Positions 33,076 through 47,340 are shown, counted from the stretch's first letter. The stretch: 64,000 bases of DNA from Phoronis australis (GCA_002633005.1 NMRA01000738.1:1-64000); one strand, 5' to 3'. Program-made: numbers and translations. Notes: generated by a model not told the origin, from the letters alone.

Positions 33076-34345
33076 ATCGAATAATGCGCTTTAGTACGTT
33101 TTTCGCGTTCCAAGTCTCTTTAACTTCAATGTTTTACGCAGACGTCTGTGTTGAAGCCTGTGCGTATGCAGCCGGCGACATCTAGCGCAAAAAAGTACAT
33201 CCGTGTCCCGAAGGACGAGAGAGTACAACGTAATTGTTTGCAAGGAATCAGACGTATTGCTATGTTCATGACCCTTATTAATTACAATACTGCGCAAGTA
33301 AATAACGAACATTAAAACTGTCTTTCTCAGTTTGTTATCATCGATAATGACAGCAACCATTGTGTTGTGTCGTGACCAATTAACGGTGATTAACTTCATG
33401 CTGTGTAGCCTTGTTAGACCCTTAGGCAAAATGGAGTTACTCGCTCAATTTACGTTACCATGGTAACATCCCATTAAAAGATGGTGGAAATTTCTGATTA
33501 TGTTTTCAGGCAACGACTGTCTCTGACTCATTGTAGGCCTATCAAACTGAAGATACGCGTCACGGTTGCTTCTTGAGTCTTCTTGCAACGTGTACAGTGA
33601 GTTTAATTTTTAATTAAGTGTCATTGTTTGTTTTGTTCTGACAACAGATGGAGAAAGTGTATCTGAAGATGGTAGCATGACGCCGCTATATTTCCAGTTG
33701 TTAATATCAGTATTAAAAAATCCACGTCTAAGGCAGATTTCGATCTTGTCCTCCATGCTGCGTTCATTAGACAATCGGGTTTTCGTTGAAATGACAGTTT
33801 TTGCCAACACCTTTATAATTGATTACAGTAACATTGGCGAGAGTCCAAATTCGTGGTTCACGCGTGGATCTAGGATGTAGCGAGGGAGTCCGACCAAAGC
33901 TGTCATGTGACAAGTCCGCGTGGTTGCCCTAGAAAAGGCTCATTTTTGAGAGGTGCTTCTTTCACTGCATAGGTCCCGTCAAACTATAACGAACTTAAGA
34001 AACGAATGCAAGCGAATTCCAAACTGACCATATGCTCGAAATTCGCGACGGTTTAGGGAACTGCCATAACGAACAATATCGATTTCAATGCAACAGACCA
34101 ACCAACCGTATTCCAGCGCAGCAACAAAATCCGTTACGCGTGCATACATAATCGTCATAGTGCGCACAAATGCAGTAGGTGTGTGGGCCGTTGTGAGGGA
34201 TACCGACTCGAAGGAGTTATTATTAAACGATTTATAGAAAACAAAGTTCATAATGATTGTGTTTTGAGGCAAACCGTACGCCTATGTTGAAACGTGCGTA
34301 GACTATTTCGAGTGGAGGTAAATCAAAACCGGAAAATTTGGGACT

Positions 34346-34424
34346 ATAGACTGATATATACATACATATACATGTACATGTACATGTACATGTACATGTA
34401 TATGTATATGTATATATAGTCTAT
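34346..34424. repeat. Self-complementary (TACATG)n/(TATA) microsatellite
   Basis: ATAGACT...TACATGTACATGTACATG...AGTCTAT is near-palindromic. Confidence 0.9.
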
Positions 34425-37377
34425 TTTGCTAGAAATGACAAAACAATGATAGCTAAGTAGTGTGTTGGTGTGTTAACTGTATTTTCAAATAAAATCGGTT
34501 TTTATTGAGATTGTATGTGAAGCATATCCACTGATTTTCGGCACTTGGAATCACGGGCACGTGCGCACTGACTTATAAAGCACGTGGCCAAGCTGTTTCT
34601 GCGATATATGATCGAAAAACGCCATGAGTGACGTGCGGTGTTAGACGCATAAGGAGACAAGACGCGTGTCATCTACAGCCGTAATTTGGCACATAATTAA
34701 GACCTAATTATCGAAATGTCAACAAACTCTCAGAAATAGCTGGTATCCAACGACACGCGTCTAAACGCCAGCAAACCCACCAAATGTCCCCAAACCTCAT
34801 TTTATAACAATTAAACCGTTAGAGATTCGTGTTACAATACCTTGAGCACATTGCACCACAGTTGAAAAAAAAATCATTTTGCCTTTTAAAAGCCATTTCC
34901 CGACTCTTTCATTGCATATACATCGTTTGTCAATGGCGACAAACAAGCGGCCTAGGTACTTATTTCTATGCTAGTGTAGGTTTAACTTTTTCATAATTAT
35001 ACAACTTCTTACGTACTTGAAATATTGACATAGTATAGTGCGTATCACGTTTCGTTGGCGCATGGTGGCGATCGCATCTTAAAACACAAGATGTCGATTC
35101 AAATTTCCAAATCTGAAGATGCAAAAACTTTCTATCCTGGGCACAGGGTATTATATGTGGACTCAAGTAAGAATCAAACACGAAATGCCAGCAAGCATGC
35201 TGCATGTGGGGTCGAGACAGTTTGGGGACAGAGATTAAACTCTCGGCCAGGGGACGCTTGTGTCTTTCCTGTGTGATACGCACTTCGGGCTGCGTTCTGG
35301 TGCAGCAAGAAACTTGCAAAAACACCTAGTGTTGTTACGGGCTCCTGTTGTAGTGTTTAGTAATATTAAAGACTTGCCTGGTTTCCCGTTTTCTCGAGTT
35401 TCTCGTTTCTGTGAAACGAAACCCATAACCGAATATTGCTTTGCCCCTGTTGCGCACGGGTCTAAATTCCGCAGTGATTTGTGTTGACTTTGTTACGTAA
35501 AAATTGAAAAGGACTCGTCTAACCGCCGTATACTTTGAAATGCATTTTTGAGAACGTAAACTCGCGTAATTGTCTGCTTCCCTATTGGCAGGACGGAATT
35601 TGCCGAGCTCTGAAGGCTTCAAAGATTAGTCGAAGTGAACATAGGATCAAGGTATTTCTAAGGAAAGAAGTGTATGTGCTGTTAAAAAGATACTAAACCT
35701 GGTTTTGGCCAAATAACGCCTTTTCTCATCTCGCTTTCTAATATAAAAATAACAATATTCCCTAACGTGTGCGTTTTGGGACCGTAAAACGATATTGTGC
35801 TTTTAAAGACATTTCTAGCCTTTTTTATTTTACGATTCATTTCAATGTAATTATTGGTTTTAGTCAAACGTTGCATCAGCTCAAACTGAATACCGTTTAA
35901 GACTAGCAATCCTGCGTACTCTCTTGTTCCCTGCATTTCTGCTAGGGGGTATAGAACACGCATTCAGTAGCACGCGTTTTGCCACTGGTTGATGTAACCT
36001 CGGCAGTCACTGGCAACAAATAAAAAACGGCGTACTGCGAACGATTTTTAGCCTTGTCATGCAAGAGGCGTGACAGCAAATAATTACGTCGTTTCTGCAG
36101 TAACGTTTAATAGCCGCATGCTTGAATGACACATGTACATTGCACACACATCTGGCCGATTTAACTGGTATGTTATTCATACAGTGTGAATACAACAGGA
36201 CAGCAACGTAAACAAACGTCCGCAACAGTAGAAAAATACACCCCAAAAAGGTACAACCACAACTTTCCGATTGAGATTTCTTGAACATGAATTAAGCATC
36301 GATTTGTCTGCACAATAGACCACAAACTATTTCCACATTACACTTCCTCCATCAGTCATATGCCAGTTTGTTTACGTAGAGCGCCAACTGTTGAGAATTC
36401 GACTAGCCAATCAAGAACGCCGGTGTAAAAAAATACCCGATGAAAATTAAATGTTACCTGCGTGTTCTCTACTCCCTAGCGGACAGGCAGGGAACCAGCG
36501 AGTCCTGCGTAGAGTTCAATAACACCACTACCTCACAAAATAGCAAGCCTACAAGAGATTACACGAGAGATTTTGAATGAGAGCACGTGATTTTGACTAG
36601 ATTTTTCTCGACGCGAGACAGCTACTGAACTGTACCCTGGATTGCGTGCTCCTTGATTTGTTGTTTATACTATGTGCATCTTCATTGCAGTCCGTAAAAA
36701 GTTTAATGCAATCAGACTTCTTCTGATATGGAGCGTCGTCAGGTTGAACTGACATAATTCCCACTTCATGCGCGGTGCGCTCAGTGTGTTATACACACAC
36801 CTTCTCAGTTTGTAGATTTGCCTGAAGATGTCTGTAGTGACTTTACTTTTCAGTTTGACGGAAGATAGCGGCGAGACAGTTATCACTAGCTTATTTTCAG
36901 GTCCCAGCTTTCAGCGGAAGTAGGTAGCGAGAATGATTAAGACACGAGGAATGAATTTAGACATTATTTTTTACACTGCTCTTGTGTTAAATGTATGTTG
37001 TTCCGGAATTTAGAAATTATTCTTGTCGACGTGTTTCTGCAGATTCAGTGCGCCGGGACGATTAATCAGAAGTTGTTCGCCTAGTCGTGAAAGTCGTATC
37101 TCAGTACAATTCGTTTTTGTGAAGGTGGCCGTGTGAATGCGGACAGAAATCGATCTATTTTGCAGTTCTTAGTTTTCACAAAAACACAGTGTCGCGTTTG
37201 TAGTCACGAGTCGATGACCATCTTCTCTGTGATAAGGCCCGTGACATTCAAAACAACGTTTAAAGCATGTTTCAATCATTGAGTAATCACAAAATAGGTA
37301 GAAAATGGTCAGTTAAAAAGTCATTTGACCAAACTTTAGGCCTCGAACGCGATTAACAGACAAAATCCCAATACTGA

Positions 37378-37830
37378 AAGTCGTTCTCTGCCATTGAAAC
37401 AGAATCCAACCTGCTTGCTGGGTATTTTGAGGGTTTATTCATAAAGATTTTTAATTTCTGTTGATATCAAACCATTTTCTTTTAGTTTCAAATTTCAAAA
37501 AACGATCTGTCAACTGCTCACCACTTCGTCAATTTTTCTCCCACAAGGCAAACCACGTCTCCTTAATTAGTATGGCAGGACCGAGATGTAGCACGTGTAA
37601 CCTTTGACCTTAAGCAACTTCAAGCAACCGTGAGCGCATGCGCGCATTTATCATAAATAGGAGGGAGATTAGAATCTCTATGGTTACCACCGAGTGTTTT
37701 CCTTCGCAAGAATTTCAAAAGTCGTGAATTTTGTGATTTTTTCCCTAAATTTCCTCACAGGGGAAAGTGAATTATTATGCACTAGACGTTGCGAGATGGT
37801 ACTTTAGTCAGGAATTATTCAAAAGATATT
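37378..37830 (-). repeat. Dispersed repeat; inverted partner of 32350-33075
   Basis: CCTCACAGGGGAAAGTGAAT and ATCAAACCATTTTCTTTTAGTTTCAAA. Confidence 0.75.
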
Positions 37831-39363
37831 TTGTCGAGCTTTAGCGTCCCATGCCTCTTTAAAGGACATCACAAATGTTGAAAATTACTTTAAATAACTG
37901 TTCATGAAATACTATAGTTGATATCAGTCGTGGGCTATCTGACCTGTATTCCGTAGAATCAAGACACCCGCGTAGCACTTGCGTACACTCTCGCATGGTC
38001 CCCGCGGTGAATAGCCTACTTGCTAAACAATGGCTTTTCACTCCCGTGTCTTTGCTTGGCCCTGCGTGATCACGGTTTTGGCGAGAGATGTTAGTTGTTT
38101 GATTCAAATGTATTTTGTATCTAATTAACTGTACAGGTTTTGCACGTCAGTGTGCCGTGAGCTAGAATTTGTGGAAGGGGCAGTTTGCACAACTACTCCC
38201 TCTGTGGTGCAGAGAAGTACAAGACATTTGTCTCATTTACATTCACAACAGGCATTGCTAGGTAGGATGAGGGACGAGACAAATAAGGAATTTCATCAAG
38301 TGCCTTCAGTTTTTTTTTTCATCAGGTGGTGAGACGGACCACAAGTCGGCCAACAAGTTAAGCCAAACAACTTGTAGCAATCGACAAGATTTCGATCCGA
38401 AACCCGTCAATTATAGTTCGGTAATGAACAGACCACATACGAATAAGAGAGTCAGAAGTATTGAGGCCTCGTTATTAAAAAATTACCGCTTGCCATTGCT
38501 TTTGTTTCCTAATATTTCAAAATAATCCATTTTTTCATTTGTAAATACTGCACAAGGTTATAGGTTGAGATAACTCTAAACGGATATCAGAATGATAACA
38601 CACTATATTGATGACTTCACGAACTAAATGACTTCATGTGACCGTTGACTTCACATTTTCAATCCATGATCAGGATTTGCTAATCACTTACTTCAAAATC
38701 TGTGTAAACTAACAAATTCCTCTGACCACAAAAATGACCCACCTTAACTTGATCGGACTGGTCACTGTCATCTACAGAGTTACCGGGCACTTCCGTGTTG
38801 GGTTTTGGACTCATCGATAAATTCACAGTGCACTTAAATATAAAATAGTTAATTCTCCAGTTTTGAGTTGGTAGAGGTACACGTCACCTGTTAGAAGTTG
38901 TAACGCTAAATCGGATAGTGGGGTAGACAGATGATGACAAATGTTCCGTGTTTCCCAGCAGGTTACCTCCGAAACACTACATGGGACAAGCAGTGATACC
39001 TGATATGTGTATGCAAACCGAAAACAGTTAATTGTCGCGTATGCGCCTATTTAAAACCATGTGCCTGATATTCAAAATAGTGCGTTATTTTAATGAATTT
39101 GTTCACTCAAAGCTTCCACTCATATGCGCATGTCGGAAACATTATCAATAAGTTGCATGTCTTGCATGCGATACATTGCCTTTAGCTGCTAAGTGTTTGG
39201 CCTGTAGATTCATACGCCCAGTTCCGGATAAGCAGAGTTTCGCATAAAGGTGCCTGCACGATTGTATGGTGAGTTCTACCGAGCAGAGAGGCAGTAAGGG
39301 ATTTAGCTCTAAGCTTTACATTTTATGTATGTTCCTTTAAAGTTACCCATACGTTCAACTTTT

Positions 39364-39508
39364 CATGGGCGGCGTAGCACTGAAATAAGTGGGGGCTATA
39401 GCCCTCCAGTCCCCAAAGGTGAGCCGCCTAGTATGTGACCATGGGCGGCGCAGCACTGAAATAAGTGGGAGCTATACTTCCCCATCCACCTATGGTGCGC
39501 CGCCCATG
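39364..39508. mobile_element. Two tandem ~70-bp MITEs of the CATGGGCGGCG family
   Basis: CATGGGCGGCGxAGCACTGAAATAAGTGGG at 39364 and 39440. The second ends CGCCGCCCATG. Same family as 6292-6365. Confidence 0.75.
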
Positions 39509-42500
39509 TTATTTGGATACCGTGGTACTCAGGGATACACGGCGTGCAGCTGTGACGTGACGCCCTTTCTTGGTAAATGTCTGATCACATTCAGTCAACG
39601 GTAGGTCCCATTTCTCATTCTTGTCTAAAATTAAAAGATTCAATCAGTGGACACGTTTTACTGACCTCGCAGTTAACCACCGAAACTTATATGCAACCTG
39701 CGAGAGATCAGCTTCGAGTGAAACACAACCGCGTGAGTTCAAAGAAGCAACAGAATTTAATTCGCCGATAATTAGTTTACACCCTTGATTGTGTAATTGG
39801 TGGGTGTTAAGATCAACAACTGAGAAAACATCGCCACCAAATGAAGTACACACTTATGTGATACTACCTGCTGGCGAAGTACATATCAGTCTCGACCGTA
39901 AGCGCTCAAGAGATGTATCCAAATTCACCAATAATTAATTCACATCAACGATTACGTCAGAATAGTGAGTTAACAGTTGAGTCACAACTGAGAAAACATT
40001 CGACTGTTGTTTGAGAAGACAACCACGACGATGCATGAAAACATCGTTCTGATTCGTGACCCAGCCACCGTGTCGTCACATTCTCATGACGTGAAACAGT
40101 TCGCCTATGATAATCACTGCTATTCAAGCAAGTCCTTTTTCATGCATACACGTACATTTTGGGGAATTTTAAACAAAATATCTCAGCCATGTGACTGCAT
40201 TCGAAAACAAAAAAGGTTACTTGTACTATTTATAGTATAAGCCTGAAAGTGAGGACAAAAAGGCGACAAACGGCTGTGAATTCGAACACACTGTTTTAGG
40301 CGTCACAGTAAATGTCTTTATTAGACATTCAGTTTTGACGTGTATCAGCGTGTTCTGTGCACGAATTTGGTGGGTGGCAGTGTCTTTGATTGATGTTGAC
40401 GATGACGACGTCAATAGGACAGCGAGGATTTAAGATTACGTGTATCCTTTTTCTGAAAAATACGGACTCTGCATGCAGCAAAATGTTTGAATGTTTCAAA
40501 TGAATTTAATTTCATACAAACAGCTGTTTTTGTCACAAACACGCACGGTTTTGCAACCTGTCAATCAAATCCAATCTTCCTCCAAAGTTTTTCCACAATG
40601 CAAAACTCTAATGTTTGTCGACCTATCCACACTGTCGAGTGAATCGGCTGTCTAAGGAAAATAGAAAAATCGTTACAACCACGGGGCGGTAGTTTGGAAC
40701 ATAAATCAAGAACAAACCGGTGAGTGTCCGACTGGTGACAAAATTACGTTTTCTAGTGATTTCTGTCGAGCACCACTCCGAACTTCGGAACACTATATCT
40801 CGAGAAAGAATCCACCGATTTTAGTCTTGTTGAAAGTTCAGGACATCACCGTGTCTTAACGTATAAAAGCAGTCCAAAATTTTTACTGGAGCTTTCGTTG
40901 TATTTTACATTTAGTTTAAAATCAAGAGTCGTGATATTCTGAAAGAAAACTATCATACATTGAACATATTTTACGATTAAGAAATATCGGGGCTAGTAAC
41001 GAAAATCTCAAATATGGTTTTTATCAACGTATTAATATAAGTATGGCGAATACTGGTGAAAGGGAAGAGAACTTATCAGTATACCTTTCAAAAATAAAAT
41101 TTTTGACAAAAACGCATTAGCATGTGACTATGAGAATTGATAAGTGTTATGAAACGCATGAATAAAATTTTCTTGACACTCACTTTCAGAAAATATATAC
41201 TTTTGTGGGTTGACAGTCGCTGGTTGCTTAATAGAAATTTCAAGAAAAAGGCAACATTTTAATCATTAAAAGCAAGTCCATTCTTAAAACTCTGAAGATC
41301 AATAAGTCGCTGTCCGATAAGAAAGCAAATCGGAATTTGATCTGCGGTCTGAAAAAACACTTGAGCGTCCAATCAGCCCTCTTATTGTACAACCGCAAAA
41401 CAAATTACGGCAGGGAGGTGTATACATTCTTTTTAGGAACCAATATATTTGTCCCTGGATTCCTATGAAGAAATTGGTAAGGCTCTGTTCGCCCATTGTG
41501 ATGACATTTGATTGGCCAGATTGCGTGTTGATGATATGCTAATTATTTGTAAGATGGCTGACAACACAAAAGTGTCTGTCACGTGACCCAATTAAACATT
41601 CTGGTGTACAAAGCGAACTGAGTAGACAAGAAACGCAATTTCTTTCATTCTGTGACGTTTTGAGACGTCGAACATTTTTCTCCAAATTGCTTCAATATAA
41701 AACTGTACGTCACTGACAAATTGACGGCATGGTGGTCGTGAGAATTCATGATAAAAGCATGAAATTTAGTTTGAGACTGAGTCATGTCTGAGTTTGGAGA
41801 TCAGGGTCCGAAATCGTTACATACGACTCCGGCATCATTTGACTCGAAATTTAACCAGTCTCGCTTCATGATTCGAGTAGTAATTTGTACCTTGACTAGA
41901 TGCATGTTCGAGCAGTGTCTGATCTCTGAGCACAGACTCCATTCAAACTTAGATTTGAAATTCATATAATGCGTCTACTAAGTCCGCGTTCTGTTTCAGA
42001 ACCAAACTATAGCATTGGTCTCATTTTTTTCTGGTGTCAGCTTTTTTCTTACTCTGGTGGGAAATGATTTCTGATTTGTGCACATACAGTTCGTTATTCC
42101 TTCAGAACATCCAATCGGCAGCTCTGTCAAAGCCCTGAAATCACGTCTAATTTGACTATTTAAACCAATTTTATAGCGGTGAGTGGTCAAAATTAAAATT
42201 GATTTTGTGGTGCAACACGGGTTTGTCCCATGCAAATCGACTAGAACAAATTTAAATTTGTAAGTTTACTGAAAGAGTGATGAGCAACTGGTTCGAGTCG
42301 TATTTCATTCAAGTACAAAAATTAGATAATCATCCCAGACAACGAACCAAGATCATTTGCGATCTCGTAATAAGTTTACTTTTGAACGCGGTATTGCAGT
42401 AGTCATGCGGTCAGTGTTTTTTCGTAACATCATTTACTATTGACTGTTTAGGTTTCTCATGAGGTTTTAATCCAGGTGTAATATTTCGGTTTTAGATATC

Positions 42501-42892
42501 GGATTTGACTAATTCAGAAATTTAATTAAGTATTCGCTTGTTTTGTCGTTTTTTGTGTCTTTCAACACCGATCGTAATCATTCCCAAACCCGTCTTTAAT
42601 TGTAAACAACTTCTTTTCGTGTAATAAAGGGTTGGACGAAAGAACTGACGGTGCCACGTGGTGATGTGCTGCGATTCAAGGAAATAGCTGCAAAAACGAC
42701 CAAAAATGCAATAAACAATTTTTTTTTCCAACACAACTTTTACTTAGATTTTTTGTCGAATTAAAATAGAGCTCATTTCTCCCGTTACTCGCGTCACTGC
42801 TTCAGACCAGAATACTCATGCTTGCTATCGACGTCAGGTTAGTTTCAGTCGCCGTAGCATGTTAGGCGTCATGGCTGTTACAGCTGTTGATT

Positions 42893-43749
42893 TTAAAGGA
42901 GAAGGCAACTTTTTTCGCGTCATTTTTAGTAGAAATACGGTTCGTTGGTTAACCCAGATATATGTTTCAGTTAAATACGGCTTCTCGTAATATTAGAAAT
43001 TAGTCGTGCCCTACCCCGGAAGTGACGTTTAAGGGGTTAAGAACTTCCCGCCATTTTGTTTCTGAGTTCAAGTTTACTGTGAGGATCTGTTTCACTGTTG
43101 TTTTCGTTCTAGTTTCCAAAAGTTGTTGTCACCACTTCCCATCGACGCGTATTCTACGACAAGCTAGGTTGTTGGAGAACTCAATTACGTTGGATTTAGG
43201 AATCTTTTAGTTTTTAGTAGCCTCAAATTGGATGGAGTCGGCGACCCATATCACAGACACACTGACGTGAGTGACAAAGACATTGTTCATAGGAGTGGTG
43301 ACAAGGATTTTTTTCACGAATAGTCAGTGGGGGGATATATGTTTGAACCCCGATATACTGAGGCAGAATGCGCACAGACAGCTATGAGAGAGATGAGGCA
43401 GAGACTGGGGAAAGGCGTGGTGCAACGTCTTGGTGCAAAATGCACGGTATGCACTCAATTGAATGCCATTGCTTTTCCCACTGGATGGTTACCTGAGCAC
43501 CCAAACCGCTTACATCCCGCCGTGTGACTCCTTCGCCAAACACCTGGCACTTTTTAAATAGCTCCAATATTTTAGTCCAGTCCACAATAAACGTTTTAAA
43601 GTTTGTCTCACCGCCTGTTCATTGTATGACTATCTGTTCCTCCTCACTGTGTGTTGAACTAGGCCTGTATTCACACCATTACACAGCGTCGCTGCAGGAC
43701 TGCTTACAGGCTCTGGGCTGGGGACAACACTGGCACAGGGAGAATCACT
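42893..43749 (+). mobile_element. Left part of a Kolobok-like DNA transposon (runs into the gap)
   Basis: TTAA-AGGAGAAGGCAAC terminus, internal GGAAGTGACGT and CGCCATTTTG motifs, and a decayed accessory-protein ORF; the right end was not found. Confidence 0.5.
43232..43749 (+). pseudogene. Frameshifted P2X7 C-terminal (ballast/nanor-like) domain relic
   Basis: Across frames: GYMFEPRYTEAE...RLG...WC...KCTV/MHSIECHC...RTAYRLW...GTGR, resembling YxFEP...RLGxxxWCxCxxC..M....EC.CC...YRxxAYR..W....G.R. Confidence 0.55.
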
Positions 43750-44125
43750 NNNNNNNNNNNNNNNNNNNNNNNNNNNNNNNNNNNNNNNNNNNNNNNNNNN
43801 NNNNNNNNNNNNNNNNNNNNNNNNNNNNNNNNNNNNNNNNNNNNNNNNNNNNNNNNNNNNNNNNNNNNNNNNNNNNNNNNNNNNNNNNNNNNNNNNNNNN
43901 NNNNNNNNNNNNNNNNNNNNNNNNNNNNNNNNNNNNNNNNNNNNNNNNNNNNNNNNNNNNNNNNNNNNNNNNNNNNNNNNNNNNNNNNNNNNNNNNNNNN
44001 NNNNNNNNNNNNNNNNNNNNNNNNNNNNNNNNNNNNNNNNNNNNNNNNNNNNNNNNNNNNNNNNNNNNNNNNNNNNNNNNNNNNNNNNNNNNNNNNNNNN
44101 NNNNNNNNNNNNNNNNNNNNNNNNN
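43750..44125. other. Assembly gap (N run)
   Basis: Run of N. Confidence 1.
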
Positions 44126-46189
44126 AGGTATTAGAGGTATGCTTCAAATTCGCAAAATCCCGTGATTGATTTGCGGAAGTTTATGAAAGTAACATCATTG
44201 TGTATTCCTCTGAAGCAGACAAGATTAGACAGTGCTTCCCACTGGAGGCGAAACTTCGTTTTTACCGAAGTTTCGGTAAGTGGGAAAGGTTAATGTGCTA
44301 CCGAAACTTGGCTGAAAATAGTAGAATTTAAAAGCGAAACTGCTGTACTCAACGAAACTTCGGTGTAGTGTGTCGCACAAGTACTTAGCACGGACTAATT
44401 GTTATTAACCTGAATTCGTCGATTTTGATGAAGCTGTGTTATTTACTTATTTTTATACGCTTATTCGTTTATTGATAAACCTCGTAGACCCGGGGTATTG
44501 CATTAAATACGCATTAAAAATATGCCTTATGACAAATACTGAGTGTGTTATATAATTAATGCTAGCTCAGTTTGTATTTTAAGGCTATGTTTTGGACTCA
44601 CGGAAATTGTTGCATGCTTTAAGAAAAATATAACCTGACGCGTAACCCCTGCGTAATTAATCGTTTTAAATGGATTATTTAAACACGTCGACAATCTAAT
44701 CAGAGTATAAAATTGAATAAAAAGGTGATTAACCGATAAATTCTGCACGACATTATTTGCCCGCAGGGTATCACGATTTTGTCAATCAAAATTTATCTTC
44801 TCACCCTTTCAGAGCGAAACTTGTGCTTCGCAAACGTTTATCTAAATCTATTAAATTTTACATTTATACGAAAGCTTGTCCGCTCATCAAAATATGTAAG
44901 TGGTTTTAAAATAAAAAATCGGAATACTTTGAATAACCTTTCCGTACACCCTCAATAATTTCAAAATACTATCTTTTTCTGAACGAAATCCTCATCTTCA
45001 AGTGAACCATGCTTCAGACAGTTTCAATCAATTTTCTGTCCATCTAACAAAGGTAGACCTATCGAATTTCAATTTCCATCTAAAGCCCGCGCCTAAATTC
45101 AATAAGGCGTCTTCAAAGGGTAGTTGAACCATTTTAAATTTGTTAACCTTATCAATTACCAAGTCTTTTACCGACGTAGTGTATATGTGCCCGGGGCGGG
45201 CCCAAGTTTGCAGGAATTTTACAAGAAAATGGGTCAACCTCATCACAATAATGCGTTACGTTTGAAGATGTCTTGTCCAATTTATGTCTTTTAGTAATGT
45301 CATTATTGAGCCGAAGTTTACTAGTGTGGTGTCAGACACTGATAGACGTGGAAGATTTCTGCCATTAGTGGTTGATCGTGTGGATTGAAGATATGGAAGT
45401 AGAGAAAGTGATCGAGTTAGAGAAAATTTAATTTCATCTTTGAACTCGCTGGTGGGAAACGTGTAAACAATAGCGATGTTGTGTATTAGCTGAAACACAG
45501 GTTTGTCGTTGAATTTTATCTTCATTGCATGTTCACGTGTCTGCTCATACAATTATTGAATTTCAACACAGCCTAAAATTATGATGAACCAAAGTAGAAA
45601 ATGCCAAATGTTCTTTCTATAAATTCGTAAGTTCACATTCAATCGCATGTGCGTAGCTTGGGTGCACAACGTGGGTGCGCAAATCAGACGATGCTAATTA
45701 CATGTATACATAGGTTACTGGTGTTTTTAAAGTGTTTTTGTATTAATCTTCAATTTTCACTGTTATCGCGTTTTAATAACAATTATGCATTGCTTAAAGA
45801 GACATTGTGGGTTTTACGGGCGATAAACAGCATTTTTGGAACTACTGTTGGATGAGGCAGGCTTCTTGAAGTTATTAGGTTTGATCAGAGATATAAAACA
45901 ATAATATCCGTTGAATTTTCAAGACTGTATTATTAATCAACAATTATTGCCCCTTAAATCACAATTTCCTAGTAAAAATTTCAGCGCGTGTGTTACTGTA
46001 TCAATTTAGGCATCGGCCACGCGAATTTGAAATTTAACATTTCCTTACAGGCATTAAGCAAAGATCTCTACATTACGTAAGCGATTTCCAGCAGGGATTT
46101 TTTTGCAAAAGCCGTTTTCATGTCAGGGTATTTACGTAGGCGAACGAATGATCGTTCTTTTTGTAAACCTCATGTTTGTTTGTGGACGA

Positions 46190-47340
46190 ACCTAGTTTTT
46201 CTGAAAGCCGTGTCCAGCTATGAAACTTGTGCCGTGTAGCTCAGAAAAAATCTTACACAGTTTGGACGTAAGGTACTCTAGTGTTTTCGTCTTGTTAGGC
46301 AAAACCGTGCGAGGAATCCCATGACTGAGAAAATAACAAGTTTCTGTGAACGATATCGTGTGGATCATGCCTAAACATGATCGCTGTGACAGTAAAACGT
46401 TCAAAACTTTACTAAAAGAACACGACGTGAGAATGTGCATACCATCCGTAAAGGGGTGCTGGCAAACCAAAAACGTTTGTTGAATTAGTACTAGATTGGC
46501 GTTTTGCTTGACATGCCGTGCGCCCTCATGGAGAAATGAGCCAGCTGCTGGGGTTATCAAACCAAGTACAATATTTTAAAATAAAAATAAACAATTCGGT
46601 CCTATGACAACCAATCACAAAACACAGAAGCATCAAACAATTGATGTAACATCATCAGGGGTCAGCTGACGCACTGGTGATGATGTCACTGGCTCTTTAA
46701 AAACAATGATGTCCCGTATTCGTGAAATGTAATTCATTGGCTGCTTGCTTTCATAGACAGGACATAAAATCATTTCTATTAAGTAAACACCGAAGTCCAG
46801 GGAAGAGTTCTCTTTTCTTTGTAAGGAACGGACTCCCTGGAATCGGCTTGCCCGGCGATAGGGACGTTGTTTCCGTAAAGAAAGCGTAAAAATGGTGAGT
46901 TGCACGGAATTTAAGAATCTGCTTGCAACGCATACATAAGCCATCACACGTGACTGCCTCTCCGTCGTTTTTGTTTATGCTGTTATGGAATAGGGTCATC
47001 CTGAATTGAACTCTTCTCTTTAGAAGATATAATTGCATGACTGACCTACTTCTCAAAATGCCAGGCACTTCCGAGTTGATTAACAAATAAGCACATCCAG
47101 CACTGATATTTGTCATTTTTGACCATGCTCTGGTGTCATCATGGCAACGCAAAATGCAGTAATACAAGTTTCCCTGCATTACAATGACGAATTCCATAAC
47201 AATTAGGTTATATGATAATGACTTGTACATTAGCATGTGAAAAAAGTAAGACAAGTGCTTGACACGTGTGGGTTGCATTGTGGGTGAATGTCTTAGACTG
47301 ATAGTGACGCTGTGCTCTTTCATTACTGGAAATGTCTGCA
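46190..47340 (-). pseudogene. Possible highly decayed Gypsy-type LTR retrotransposon pol relic
   Basis: Minus-strand fragments in RT-RNaseH-integrase order: CHDDTRAWSK (~YLDDIIVFSK), ESKQPMNYISR (~ERPIAYASR), FLSHGIPRTV...LTSKLCKIFSELHG (~FSRHGIPxxI...FTS). Similarity is weak. Confidence 0.3.

Noticed and set aside
43524-44165. 213-aa and 147-aa ORFs across the second gap
   Set aside because: Mostly X residues from the N run.
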